Assembly: GCA_008080735.1 (NCBI GenBank)
Contig: SHMW01000033.1
Location: 1 to 39,471 of the forward strand
DNA length: 39,471 nt
Source: Promethearchaeota archaeon
GTDB lineage: Archaea; Asgardarchaeota; Lokiarchaeia; Sigyniarchaeales; SOKP01
Reading direction: 5' to 3'
The translations under genes and the position numbers were made by a program. Below, one piece after another: positions 17,013 to 27,204 of this stretch; positions within the stretch are counted from its first letter, which is position 1, and every line of letters starts with the position of its first letter. The notes below the pieces were generated by a model, which made no database searches, was not told the DNA's origin, and was given only the letters and a program-made list of their open reading frames with translations.

Positions 17013-18740
17013 TTAAAAATCTTTTTGTAGGTAATCTAACTCATCTAAAATTGCCTTCAACTTAAGAGCATCACTTCCTCCCGAAATTTGTATGTTTACC
17101 AATGAATCCTCATCTGTACCTGTTACATTTACTTCGATTAAAAGATCTTCTGATCGGATTTGTTTTGTCTGCCGTTTACTAAACGCCTCTTTCAGAGATT
17201 TATCTATATTGGGAAATTCTGAGGCAATATCCGCCCACACCTCCTTCCAATAGTAATATTTAAACACATAATCGGTCACGGTCTGTTTATATAATTCACG
17301 ATTACACCAATTTATCAAATCAGCTCTATTTGGGAAGTCTAAATCTTCTAATAAGTCGTTTCGTATACGAGCCAACTCATCGATCTTCCCTTTCTTCGAC
17401 GCTTCATTAATTTCTTGGGCTAATTTTTGGTAGGTTTTATTTTTAATTTCTTGAACGAATGGATGAAGATCATATTTTACGATTAGATCGTTCTTTTTAA
17501 AATTTCTTATCTCTTGTAAATCTCCTTTCTCGTGATTACCATCGCGAAATCGCTGAGCAATTTCATAACAAATTTTACGTTTTAAGAATCTATTCTGAAT
17601 AGTCGTGAGAAGGTCATTCGAAAATTCATATCGGTTACCCCAATAAGGAGCTTTTTCAAGTTCTCTCTGAGAATATTCCACTCGATGGGAAATTACATAA
17701 GGGGCAATGGTATTTACGATATTTACATCAATCTCCTTAAGATTTAAGAGCCATGCTAGTGCTTTCGAATACCTTAGGAGATCTTTTGCAACTCGGACAC
17801 TTAAAATCGAATCGATCTTATTGCATACATTCTGTGTAGTATTAAAATGGCAACCAGAGCATAATCCCGTACTCGGTTTTAAGTCTTCTGTATTTCCCTT
17901 ATCAATCCTATCACATAAAGTAAATTCTCTAATGATGGCGTGAATATAGTTATTAGCTTCTTGATTAATCTGAACTCTATTTACATAATACCAGACTTCC
18001 ATTAATTCATCAATTGTCATAATCTTCGGAACTTGTACTAATTCGTCATAACCCGAATACTTCTCATCTTTTCCAGCTAATATTAACTGAAGATCTTGAC
18101 TCGCAGGCATAGATATCGGCACAGAGATTCCAAATCGATCCAGAAAAGGAGAGCTTAATTCAAATGTTCCAACATCTTGGGGATTTATCGTAGCAAACAG
18201 ACAGAACTTATTGATGTTCATAATGGAATCATAATATTTTACAGTACCTTCAGCAAGGAGTGAGAGCAAAATATCTTGGGCATATGGTGTGAGTCTGTTT
18301 ACTTCATCAATAATTTTCCAGAAATTTAGTACAAACTTTTTCCAGACAACTTCTTCGGCTCCTTCTTTCATCAATTTACCCAATTTTAAAGTACCCACTA
18401 GCTTTTCCTCAGTTAATTGTGGATGCCCACGAATTATTGATTCTTCAATCTTTTCAAGAGATTTCGAAGTAAACATCCTTCCCAGAAGTTTTACGAGCGT
18501 TGTCTTACCACCGCCATGGCCACCTATTAAAAGCATAGCAGAATTTGGAACTAATACATTTAAAACGGATAAAGACAATATTTCAGGTAATTTAGTTGTT
18601 TTTATTTTGTTCGATTTTGGATCGGTGTATTTAATTTCCAAATTTTTCGAATGTATAAATAATTGATTTGCTTGAATAAGATTGAGAATTTTCCATACTT
18701 TTTTTCTCAACTGGTTTTGTTCTACTAGTCTGGTTTCCAT
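17013..18740 (-). CDS. MoxR-like AAA+ ATPase
   Basis: Walker A GGHGGGKT, Walker B IIDEVNR, sensor I ATIN, Arg finger FLDRF, sensor II SVR; directly upstream of the VWA gene. Confidence 0.9.
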   Translation of the reverse strand: METRLVEQNQLRKKVWKILNLIQANQLFIHSKNLEIKYTDPKSNKIKTTKLPEILSLSVLNVLVPNSAMLLIGGHGGGKTTLVKLLGRMFTSKSLEKIEESIIRGHPQLTEEKLVGTLKLGKLMKEGAEEVVWKKFVLNFWKIIDEVNRLTPYAQDILLSLLAEGTVKYYDSIMNINKFCLFATINPQDVGTFELSSPFLDRFGISVPISMPASQDLQLILAGKDEKYSGYDELVQVPKIMTIDELMEVWYYVNRVQINQEANNYIHAIIREFTLCDRIDKGNTEDLKPSTGLCSGCHFNTTQNVCNKIDSILSVRVAKDLLRYSKALAWLLNLKEIDVNIVNTIAPYVISHRVEYSQRELEKAPYWGNRYEFSNDLLTTIQNRFLKRKICYEIAQRFRDGNHEKGDLQEIRNFKKNDLIVKYDLHPFVQEIKNKTYQKLAQEINEASKKGKIDELARIRNDLLEDLDFPNRADLINWCNRELYKQTVTDYVFKYYYWKEVWADIASEFPNIDKSLKEAFSKRQTKQIRSEDLLIEVNVTGTDEDSLVNIQISGGSDALKLKAILDELDYLQKDF

Positions 18741-18867
18741 TTAAAAGTGCCTCTTGATTAAATACTCTTACATTATAACTAAATTGGTCTAAATATTTAT
18801 GTTTGTTTATGAACTGAAATAACATATATCCATATCTAAACCAAATTATCATGGAATTTTCATAAGT

Positions 18868-19569
18868 TTAATTTGGTTTCAGCGTTAATATTTCCTCCAA
18901 CTGCTCGATTACAAAGTCGGGTTGGTGTTCCCAATCAGAATATCCATCAGGATATTTTTCAAAGTCTCTTTTTAAGAGACAAGCATGAATATTTGCTCTT
19001 TTTGCCGCAGATATATCGACGACTGAATCTCCAATCATTAATGCGGTGGAATCGGCTAAATTAAAATCAAGTTTATGTAAAATCATTTTAATTCCCTCTG
19101 GAGATGGTTTCGCGAGATCTTGCTCATTTCCATACCCAAGCCCAAAGATTTCATCAAAATAATGTTCCAAATCAAACTCTTTAATGATATAATCTACAAT
19201 GTAGCGGGCTGTATTGGAAACGATAGCCAATTTCTTTCCTACCTTCATTAATTCATTGAGTACAAGAAGTACATCAGAAAATAATCTTATTTTTCCTTGA
19301 GGGACAAATTCTTTTCTAAATTTAAAATCTAGTGCGTCAAATTTTTCCCAAAACTCATTATAATCTTCTAAGATGACATCCCACTCTTTTAATAATGCTT
19401 TATATTGATCTCCCGATAACCAAAACCTATTTCTTTGTTCTCTTGGAGGAACTCCATGCTTGGTAAAAAATTCTATGGTTTCCTTAAGAATATTATCGAA
19501 ATATTCGGGTGGATTAGGTATATATAGCAAGGAATTATCTAAATCAAATAAATAACAATCAAAATTCAT
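18868..19569 (-). CDS. HAD-superfamily hydrolase (phosphoglycolate phosphatase-like)
   Basis: Motif I FDLDNSL, motif II VSN, motif III KPSP, motif IV IGDSVVD. Confidence 0.9.
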   Translation of the reverse strand: MNFDCYLFDLDNSLLYIPNPPEYFDNILKETIEFFTKHGVPPREQRNRFWLSGDQYKALLKEWDVILEDYNEFWEKFDALDFKFRKEFVPQGKIRLFSDVLLVLNELMKVGKKLAIVSNTARYIVDYIIKEFDLEHYFDEIFGLGYGNEQDLAKPSPEGIKMILHKLDFNLADSTALMIGDSVVDISAAKRANIHACLLKRDFEKYPDGYSDWEHQPDFVIEQLEEILTLKPN

Positions 19570-19670
19570 GCTTATTTATAATAATGAAAAAAATTCTAAA
19601 AACTTAATTTGTCCCTAACCAACTAGTCTTGCCTTCCAAAAATAAAAATATGAGATAAAATAAACCAAGA

Positions 19671-20063
19671 CTAAAAATATCCTATATGACCTAAATTATT
19701 TCCCTCTTCGTCTAATGCGTATGCGAGTCCCATGGAAAGTGCTTCTTCCTCTTCTTTGTCTTCAGAGGGTTTTTTAATTTTCTTTTTTGTTGGTTTCGCA
19801 ACTTTTTTAATAGTTTCAAATTTAAATTGAAATTTTCCTCCACATTCATCACACTTCATATGAATGAACTTTACATGCCTATCCTCCTCGTCATATTCTT
19901 CCTTTTTAAGCGGTTTAAGTTTGTTTTTATCTTGATTATCACATCCAGGTAAGAAGCACTGATCCAAAGATATTTTTTCCATGCCTCTTCTTGCTAAAGC
20001 AACAAACACATAGGCGGGAATTTCCATCCATAATTTTTTATTTTCTTCACTCATGCTGACCAA
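19671..20063 (-). CDS. Small putative zinc-ribbon protein
   Basis: CFLPGC and CDECGG Cys pairs; basic-then-acidic linker. Confidence 0.6.
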   Translation of the reverse strand: MVSMSEENKKLWMEIPAYVFVALARRGMEKISLDQCFLPGCDNQDKNKLKPLKKEEYDEEDRHVKFIHMKCDECGGKFQFKFETIKKVAKPTKKKIKKPSEDKEEEEALSMGLAYALDEEGNNLGHIGYF

Positions 20064-20175
20064 AAATCGTTGTGTAAATTTAGATTGATTTGTAGAGTAG
20101 TAAGTAAAACAACCAAAATAAATAATTAATAATTATCATTATAAAAAATAATTCCAAATATAATCAAATTAAATC

Positions 20176-20481
20176 ATGAGTGAAGAACCAGAATTTTCAA
20201 ATGAAACTATAGAATATGTCTCAAAATTAGCGCTCTTGGATTTATCCGAAGAAGAAAAAGAGAAATTATCTAAGCAGCTGAACAATATTTTGTCGTATTT
20301 TAAAAAGCTTGAGGATTTAGATACTGTTGATGTTGAGCCAACAAGACATCCTATTGAGGGATTAAATAATGTATTTAGGGAAGATGAACCTTGGGAAGGG
20401 TTGACTCAAGAAGAAGCACTAAAAAATGCTGAACATAAAAAAGAGGGATATTTTAAGGCCCCTCGGATTTTAAAAGATTAG
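20176..20481 (+). CDS. gatC: Asp-tRNA(Asn)/Glu-tRNA(Gln) amidotransferase subunit C
   Basis: YVSKLALLDLSEEE...LDTVDVEPT.HP....NVFRED...EEALKNA...GYFKAPRIL. Confidence 0.93.
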   Translation: MSEEPEFSNETIEYVSKLALLDLSEEEKEKLSKQLNNILSYFKKLEDLDTVDVEPTRHPIEGLNNVFREDEPWEGLTQEEALKNAEHKKEGYFKAPRILKD

Positions 20482-20489
20482 AAAAATGG

Positions 20490-21503
20490 TTATTCTTCAT
20501 ACTCCTCTGTGAGAATTCGAATTGCTTCCGCCATATCTCGAAGGGATTTTTTTTTCTGTGAGGGATTTAATTCCAGAAATTCTTTTTCAAAATCTGAAGT
20601 TAAATTCATTGGCGAGGTTAAGCTGATATATTTTTCAACAATAAGTTTCGTGATATAATTATCATAATCCTTCAAAACTTTCTTTAGTTTCTCATTCTCC
20701 TTAATCTTATCCCATGATTCTAAAGTTTCTAAAGACCGAATGCCAATATCGAACCTGAACCAGCTTATAGGGAACAATTTGTCCCGTTCGATACCTGATT
20801 CGATGATTGTTATACAATCTTGATCAATATAAAATTCAGGGATTCGATCTTCTTGAAATACGATCCTATCGTTCATCATAAAAAGATTCGCCGATTTTTT
20901 CGAAGATACGACCAATCCCGTGGCAAATCCTTTGGCAAATCTTAATTTATCCGCAATATCTTCCAAAGATCCCCCTGGAATTTGTAATTTATCTTTATTT
21001 TGACCTTGTATGGTAATATTGATGTATTTTTTGTTTTCTTGTGTTTTAAGTAAAGTTGGGAATTGATCTCTATTTCTGCTTTTTTTGTGGGCATCCATGA
21101 GTGTATTGATTAATTCATTTTCAAGTTCCAATCCCGGGATTATCGTATTTTCATTCATAAAAGCATCAACTTCAAAGTCTCCGATCCCATAGAAAAGTCT
21201 TTTTTCGTTTATGATATTTCGAATATTATCCACTAGGGATTCTACTAGAGCATCTGGATCGTCTTGTATTGATTTATATTCCCTAGTTGTAAAAGTATCA
21301 ATCTGGTCTTCCAATCCTTCAATATCTCTATAGAATTCAGCCCAACTCATTTCTGTATAGATTGTCCCTACATTATAAAAATTATGCTCTTGATCTATAC
21401 TAATGATATTTTTTGAGCCGCCTAATTCAACTCCAGATTTGGAGCCCGAAGCTAGTAAAGCTGAGGGAGGATTGAAAAATTTAAGATAGAGATAAGAATT
21501 CAT
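20490..21503 (-). CDS. Hypothetical protein, tandem paralog A
   Basis: 337 aa; shares many sequence blocks with 21673-22674. Confidence 0.8.
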   Translation of the reverse strand: MNSYLYLKFFNPPSALLASGSKSGVELGGSKNIISIDQEHNFYNVGTIYTEMSWAEFYRDIEGLEDQIDTFTTREYKSIQDDPDALVESLVDNIRNIINEKRLFYGIGDFEVDAFMNENTIIPGLELENELINTLMDAHKKSRNRDQFPTLLKTQENKKYINITIQGQNKDKLQIPGGSLEDIADKLRFAKGFATGLVVSSKKSANLFMMNDRIVFQEDRIPEFYIDQDCITIIESGIERDKLFPISWFRFDIGIRSLETLESWDKIKENEKLKKVLKDYDNYITKLIVEKYISLTSPMNLTSDFEKEFLELNPSQKKKSLRDMAEAIRILTEEYEE

Positions 21504-21672
21504 GGAACTAATTTTTCCAATATTTAGTTTGCTTTATATATAAAAAAGAATCGGATAACTATTTAAAATTACTTGAAAGTTCCAATTATGGAGGGTGTTT
21601 TATTTAATACCACTACCTTGAAAATCGAAGGTGTGTCTCATATTATAAACTAGGTGGATATTTTGAAAAAAG

Positions 21673-22674
21673 TCATTTTTCTTTCAAGTTTTCTTGCAGA
21701 ATTTTAATCGCATAGGATATATCCTTTAAGACTTGCTTCCGTTCTTGCTGGCTCATCTGAGCGAAATCGTCGTGTATATTATATCCAATTTGTTGCCCTG
21801 TTCCAAGTTTCTCGAACTCTTCAAAAATCATTTCTAAGAGATAATGATCATATTCTGCTATTGCTATCTGTAATTTGTCGTCCGTGCGAATCTCATTCCA
21901 CAAATTTAGCGTTTCTAATGCATTAATACCTAAATCGATTCTAAACCAATTAATGGGAGTAAGGATCTCATTTTTAATCCCCTCTTCTATTAATTGGATG
22001 TTTTCCACATCTAGGTATAGCTTTCGTTCATCATCTTCTTTAAAAATAATATTATCATTAAGAATGTAGAAGTTGGCGAGTATTTGAGTGGTGCAAACGA
22101 TGCCCGTTGCAAATCCTCTAACTACACGTAACTGGCTTGCTAATTCTTCCAAACTCGACCCGCTAAAAATAAGGCGATCCTTTTTCTCCCCGAAGAATTT
22201 CATCTGGACTTTAGTCTGATCTCCCTCATCTCTCAGAATTTTTGGAAACAAAATTTTATCTCTCGTATTTCTATGTGCTGTCATTAATTTATTAATGATT
22301 TTTGGGGAAATTTCTAATCCAGGAATAATCGTATTTTCATTTAGAAAGGCGTCTACTTCAAAATCGAAAACACCATAAAATAATCTTTTTTTCTTGATGA
22401 TTTTATAAATGATTTTAGATATAGAATCCACAAGTGCTTCAGAATCATCGCTTATGGATATAAATTCTTTTTGAGTAAAGTTATTAATAATATCTTCTAA
22501 CCCCTCCTCTTTATAAAACTCTGCCCAAGACATCTCTGTATAGATATGTCCTTCTGAGTATAGGTTCCTATCCTCATCTATACTGACAATGAGTTTAGAG
22601 CCGCCTAATTCCAACCCCTCTTTTGAACTTGAAGCTAAAAGTGCCAGAGGGGGGTTGTAAAAATCTAAGATCAT
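21673..22674 (-). CDS. Hypothetical protein, tandem paralog B
   Basis: 333 aa; shares NPP.ALLAS, ELGGSK, IYTEMSWAEFY, DFEVDAF.NENTIIPGLE, GFATG and WFR.D.G with paralog A. Confidence 0.8.
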   Translation of the reverse strand: MILDFYNPPLALLASSSKEGLELGGSKLIVSIDEDRNLYSEGHIYTEMSWAEFYKEEGLEDIINNFTQKEFISISDDSEALVDSISKIIYKIIKKKRLFYGVFDFEVDAFLNENTIIPGLEISPKIINKLMTAHRNTRDKILFPKILRDEGDQTKVQMKFFGEKKDRLIFSGSSLEELASQLRVVRGFATGIVCTTQILANFYILNDNIIFKEDDERKLYLDVENIQLIEEGIKNEILTPINWFRIDLGINALETLNLWNEIRTDDKLQIAIAEYDHYLLEMIFEEFEKLGTGQQIGYNIHDDFAQMSQQERKQVLKDISYAIKILQENLKEK

Positions 22675-22809
22675 TTTTATCTAAAACATGTTAATATATC
22701 TAGACCATTTATCCTACGGTTTATCATATATTAACAAGTTTAAATAATTAACCAGAGGAATTAAAAATTAAGATCTGTGTTAACAAGAAAGAATTAGCTT
22801 ATTATAATA

Positions 22810-24684
22810 TTAAAGCGGAAGTTTAATGGTAAATTTAGAACCTTTATTCAACCCTTCAGATTCAGCTGTAATTTCTCCATTATGTAATTTAACAATCTCT
22901 TTTGAAATGTGTAAACCTAGTCCGGACCCATTCATCTTGATATTAAATTCATCCGTTGGCTTATTTATATCAGCGAATTTGTTAAAAACTCTTTTTATTT
23001 GATCTCTAGTAAGCCCAATACCTGAATCTGTAATAGATAAAAGAGCAAAATGGTCATTCTTTAGTAAATCAATTCTAATCGAGCCCCCCGAAGGGGTATA
23101 TTTGATGGCATTCGAAATCAGATTAATAATGACACGCTCGATTTTTTGCGCATCAATATTAATTATCAATTCCTCTGGGAGGTTTTCAGTAATTGTTAAA
23201 TTTCGTTCCTTTATGAGGTATTGTACATCTCTTAAACATTTAAATAATAAGTAAGTGAGATCTTTGGGGTTTTTTTCTAATTTAAAATTGTTAGTTTCTA
23301 TTCGTGAGATATCGAGCAAATTAGATACAAGATTTACTAATCTCTCACTTGAATGATTAATCATCGTCAAAAGTTCTTCGATCTCGGAATTGTTGTTAAA
23401 TTTTTGACCATGATATAGTTCTGTTATTAACTGGGATGCTCCATATAAGGAGGTGAGAGGTGTTTTAAGCTCATGAGCAGCAACATCTAAAAACTTTTTT
23501 CTCATTTTCTCTAATTCCTTTAGCTTTTCATTTTCTTTTTTAATTAGGGTCTCAATTTCCTTTTGATGAGAATTATCATAAATGTTTTCCAATATATGGA
23601 CTTTTCCGTCAATTTGGATTCTTTTTGCGTTCTTTAAGATCGGTGTCTTACTCCCATCTTTATGTTTAATAAAAGTGTCCATATCTCTTAAAGAAGTCAC
23701 ATTTTCTTCCCAAATAGGACATCTTTTTGACAAAGAACCCTTAGGACAGATAATATCACACAATTTTCCATGAAGTTCCTCATCGCTAAACCCAGTAATT
23801 TCACATGTTCTCTGGTTTACTCCCTTGATTCTATAGTTTTCATCAATTATAACCGTTCCACATGGTATATTTTCATAAAGCGTCCGAAAGCGTTTTTCTG
23901 ACTCTTTTAATTTAATCTCTGAACGCTTTTGTTCCGTAATATCTCTCATAAAACCCCGAAAACCGATAATTTTTCCTTCTGAGTTATATGCGAGATTTAT
24001 ATTTGTCTCTCCATATAGAATTTCTCCTGATTTTGTAATAATTTCGTATTGGAAATGCTTTCTTTCTTGGTTTTTACTATATACTCCATTAAATGCTTTG
24101 AATGCCTTCTTAATGGTTTGTTCATCCATTAAGTCCTTATAACTCATCCCCAGTAATTCTTCTGATGTATATCCTAATGATTTGCATAAGGCTTGATTGA
24201 CAAAAGTAAATGTTCCCTTCAAATCCAATTCAAAATAACCCTCTTTTGAATTTTCTATGATATCCTTGAATTTCTTTTCTGATTGAAAGGTGATAGATTC
24301 TTGGACCTTTAATTCGTCTATAATGATTTGAATGTATGGGCGATTGAATAGTTTTATTTGAGACATATAGAGATTAAGAAGATGAGGCTTTCCCTCTAAC
24401 TTTATACAAAATGCTTTTTTCCCAAATATGTCCCCATTAATTACATCATCAAATTTCTCTTCTAAAATAATTGATAATTCTTTGGATAATGGTGAATCTA
24501 AGAATAAATTCTTGTTAATTATTTCTTCTAATTCGATATGAAATAAATGCTCAGCTTTTTCATTTATGTATTTTACAAGTCCAGAAAATGTAACAAAAAT
24601 AAGTGAATAAGGTAAGCTGTCGAAGGTATCTTTTATTTTCACACTTCTGGGCGTCCCTTCATCAAAGCTGATCATATTTTCCAA
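22810..24684 (-). CDS. Multi-PAS sensor histidine kinase (cytoplasmic)
   Basis: Three PAS-like repeats, H-box AAHELKTPL, N-box NLISNAIKY, DSGIG, GSGLGL; no TM segments; start codon uncertain (TTG 24684 or a nearby ATG). Confidence 0.92.
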   Translation of the reverse strand: MENMISFDEGTPRSVKIKDTFDSLPYSLIFVTFSGLVKYINEKAEHLFHIELEEIINKNLFLDSPLSKELSIILEEKFDDVINGDIFGKKAFCIKLEGKPHLLNLYMSQIKLFNRPYIQIIIDELKVQESITFQSEKKFKDIIENSKEGYFELDLKGTFTFVNQALCKSLGYTSEELLGMSYKDLMDEQTIKKAFKAFNGVYSKNQERKHFQYEIITKSGEILYGETNINLAYNSEGKIIGFRGFMRDITEQKRSEIKLKESEKRFRTLYENIPCGTVIIDENYRIKGVNQRTCEITGFSDEELHGKLCDIICPKGSLSKRCPIWEENVTSLRDMDTFIKHKDGSKTPILKNAKRIQIDGKVHILENIYDNSHQKEIETLIKKENEKLKELEKMRKKFLDVAAHELKTPLTSLYGASQLITELYHGQKFNNNSEIEELLTMINHSSERLVNLVSNLLDISRIETNNFKLEKNPKDLTYLLFKCLRDVQYLIKERNLTITENLPEELIINIDAQKIERVIINLISNAIKYTPSGGSIRIDLLKNDHFALLSITDSGIGLTRDQIKRVFNKFADINKPTDEFNIKMNGSGLGLHISKEIVKLHNGEITAESEGLNKGSKFTIKLPL

Positions 24685-24935
24685 AAATGAATATTTTCAT
24701 TGCTATACTTTAATGTTTAAATAGAACTAAGATATAAAAAATGTCTTAAAATCTGAAATATTCATTACAATGAAACGAACAAATGTCTAAATGATGAATG
24801 ACGCAATTTTTTAACATATAAAAAAATATTTGTCAGAAAAAGTTTTAAATTCTCAAATTTTCAATTTGTGAAGTTGATTTATAAGATTATTTCCTATTTG
24901 CGTTCATATCTTAATAGATGGCTATTTAGGAATAA

Positions 24936-26468
24936 TTATTTCATCTTTATTCTGCGGTATTCTGAGTATTTGCCGAGTACCCTCAGACATTCAGTAGGGG
25001 CATCCCATAAGTCGAATACGGGAATACCATGTGAAATGAATTTTCGCATCCATTCATATCGATAGGGCATTGGGCCAACATAAAATACGGGTATCGAATA
25101 TTTTTTCATTAATCGTTTCATTGGTTTAAACACAGCGCGTTCTATTATTTGCCCTATTGATCGCATTTGATCATCGATTTCCATACCAGATTCCTCCATT
25201 GTCTGCAACACGTCATCTAAATCAAAAACTCCATATACCAAAATCGCATCCACTTCTCCAGATTCCATCAATATCTTCGGAAATTTTTTAAACAAATTCA
25301 GAAAGTCAATATCGAAGGTAACATCGATCGGATTAAGCGAACTTGCAGTAGGTGGGATATGCTGTCCAATTTCCTTCTGAAGTTGTTTACTAAATTTAGG
25401 AACATTCAATCCGAGTTGTTCAGCAGTTTTTGTCATCATACTTCCACTTCCTCCAGAATCCGTAATTATCCCGACTTTTTTTCCTTTCATAAAAACTTGG
25501 TTTTGCTGAGCAAAGGATAATGTCCGAAGATAATACAGAAATCTCTTCATTGAAGTGGTAGAGATTATTCCCGCTTCCTTAAAGACCGCGTCGTAAATCG
25601 CTTGATCCCCCCCAATTGCACCAGTATGACTCATAATCGATCGTTCAGCAGCTTCTGTCCCCCCCGCATAGATTGCTACGATTGGTTTTGTCGGAGTTAT
25701 TTTCTTAGCAATGTTGATAAAGTCCCTTCCCCGTTTTATTTCTTCTATATATAATCCAATTACTTGCGTTTGAGGATCATCTCGTAGAAATTGTAAATAG
25801 TCGACTATATCAATATTTAGTTCATTGCCAATGGATAAGGATTTTCCTATCTTCACACCCCAATCTTGGCAATGCCAAAATATATGACAGGCAATTGTGC
25901 CGGACTGTGAGATAATAGAAATGTTACCTCGTTCTGGAGTCTCATATATCCACATCGTGTTAAAATGGGAATCATAATTTTCCGGATCATACCAACCGTT
26001 ATAGATTCCCAAGCAATTAGGTCCAACAAATCTCATCCCATATTGATTAGCTATCTGGTTTACCCGCTTTGATAACGCAAAGCCATCCTTTCCGACTTCT
26101 CTAAAACCACCAGAAGTAATAATAAGTTGTTTTATACCTTTCTCTCCGCATTCTTCCATTACTTCTGGGACTATTTTTGGAGGAAGGATAATAAAAGCCA
26201 AATCTGGAGTTTCTGGAATGTCGGACACGTTTTTATAGGCCTTATAACCTTGAACCTCATCCAATCGGGGATGAACGGGATAAATGTCTCCTTTAAATCC
26301 CCCTTCACGAATATTTCTCAATTGCATTGACCCCATTGTAGTGAGAAGGTTATTATTTGCTCCAAAAATCGCAATACTCTCGGGATTGAGGATTTTGTAC
26401 AAAAAGTGAGTTTTTTGGAGTTCTTGTTGTTCTTGTTTAGTCAATTTCTGAACCTTTGGAACAATCAA
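24936..26468 (-). CDS. Acyl/acetate-CoA ligase (ADP-forming), alpha subunit
   Basis: PESIAIFGA, GPNCLG, SQSGT, phospho-His SHTGA, SGGSG, NPIDVT; no ATP-grasp beta domain. Confidence 0.88.
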   Translation of the reverse strand: MIVPKVQKLTKQEQQELQKTHFLYKILNPESIAIFGANNNLLTTMGSMQLRNIREGGFKGDIYPVHPRLDEVQGYKAYKNVSDIPETPDLAFIILPPKIVPEVMEECGEKGIKQLIITSGGFREVGKDGFALSKRVNQIANQYGMRFVGPNCLGIYNGWYDPENYDSHFNTMWIYETPERGNISIISQSGTIACHIFWHCQDWGVKIGKSLSIGNELNIDIVDYLQFLRDDPQTQVIGLYIEEIKRGRDFINIAKKITPTKPIVAIYAGGTEAAERSIMSHTGAIGGDQAIYDAVFKEAGIISTTSMKRFLYYLRTLSFAQQNQVFMKGKKVGIITDSGGSGSMMTKTAEQLGLNVPKFSKQLQKEIGQHIPPTASSLNPIDVTFDIDFLNLFKKFPKILMESGEVDAILVYGVFDLDDVLQTMEESGMEIDDQMRSIGQIIERAVFKPMKRLMKKYSIPVFYVGPMPYRYEWMRKFISHGIPVFDLWDAPTECLRVLGKYSEYRRIKMK

Positions 26469-26574
26469 TTAGTTTTATGCTTATATATTAATCTCAAACT
26501 TAATAAATCCTTATTTAATATGAATTTTGAGTTTTACTTTACAAAAGGAGAATTGTGTTTGATATTTTGCTTTT

Positions 26575-27099
26575 TTATTTTTTTCCACTAGACCCAAATC
26601 CTCCTAACCCTCGCTCTGAATCCGGTAAATCGTTGGTTTCAATGATCTTATACTGATGGAGCCTTCCCAGGATAATTTGACAAATTCGTTCTCCTTTCTT
26701 CAGTTCCACATCCTTATTGGATAGATTCGCAACAATAGCCATCCATTCATTCCTATAACCCGAATCGATTGTCCCGGGAGTATTTAGGATCGTTAATCCA
26801 TCCCATAATGCTAACCCACTTCTCGGAACAACTTTGAAATAATACCCGGGAGGAATCGCAGTCGCAAATCCCAATGGGCAGCCCACTCGTTCTAAAGGTT
26901 TTAGTATATAGATTTCAGAATCCATTTCGATTAATTTTTTTTCTCCCTTTTCCACTATAATCTTTTTAAAACCCATAATCCGCGCGTCCGCACCGGCATC
27001 GTCTGGATTTGAAAATTTAGGTATCTTTGCTTCTCTTCTAGTTTTTTTAAAAGGTATTTTTAGGATTTTTTCTTCAGTTTTATTCATATTCTTCCCCAA
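26575..27099 (-). CDS. dut: Trimeric dUTPase
   Basis: AGAD, PRSGLA, GTIDSGYR, GERICQ and RGLGGFGSSG motifs 1-5. Confidence 0.95.
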   Translation of the reverse strand: MGKNMNKTEEKILKIPFKKTRREAKIPKFSNPDDAGADARIMGFKKIIVEKGEKKLIEMDSEIYILKPLERVGCPLGFATAIPPGYYFKVVPRSGLALWDGLTILNTPGTIDSGYRNEWMAIVANLSNKDVELKKGERICQIILGRLHQYKIIETNDLPDSERGLGGFGSSGKK

Positions 27100-27204
27100 T
27101 TACTTTTACCAATAAATATTTGGGAAAGATAAAAAGAATTTTTATTAAATAATAATTAATTACGATAGAAAAAGAAATAATAACCTTCGCATATAGATGA
27201 TCCT

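Noticed and set aside
20176-20481. Isolated gatC as a novelty
   Set aside because: Dispersed gat genes are unremarkable in archaea; gatA and gatB are presumably elsewhere.
24936-26468. ACD alpha subunit without beta as a pseudogene
   Set aside because: The ORF is intact with its catalytic His; separately encoded beta subunits are normal in archaea.
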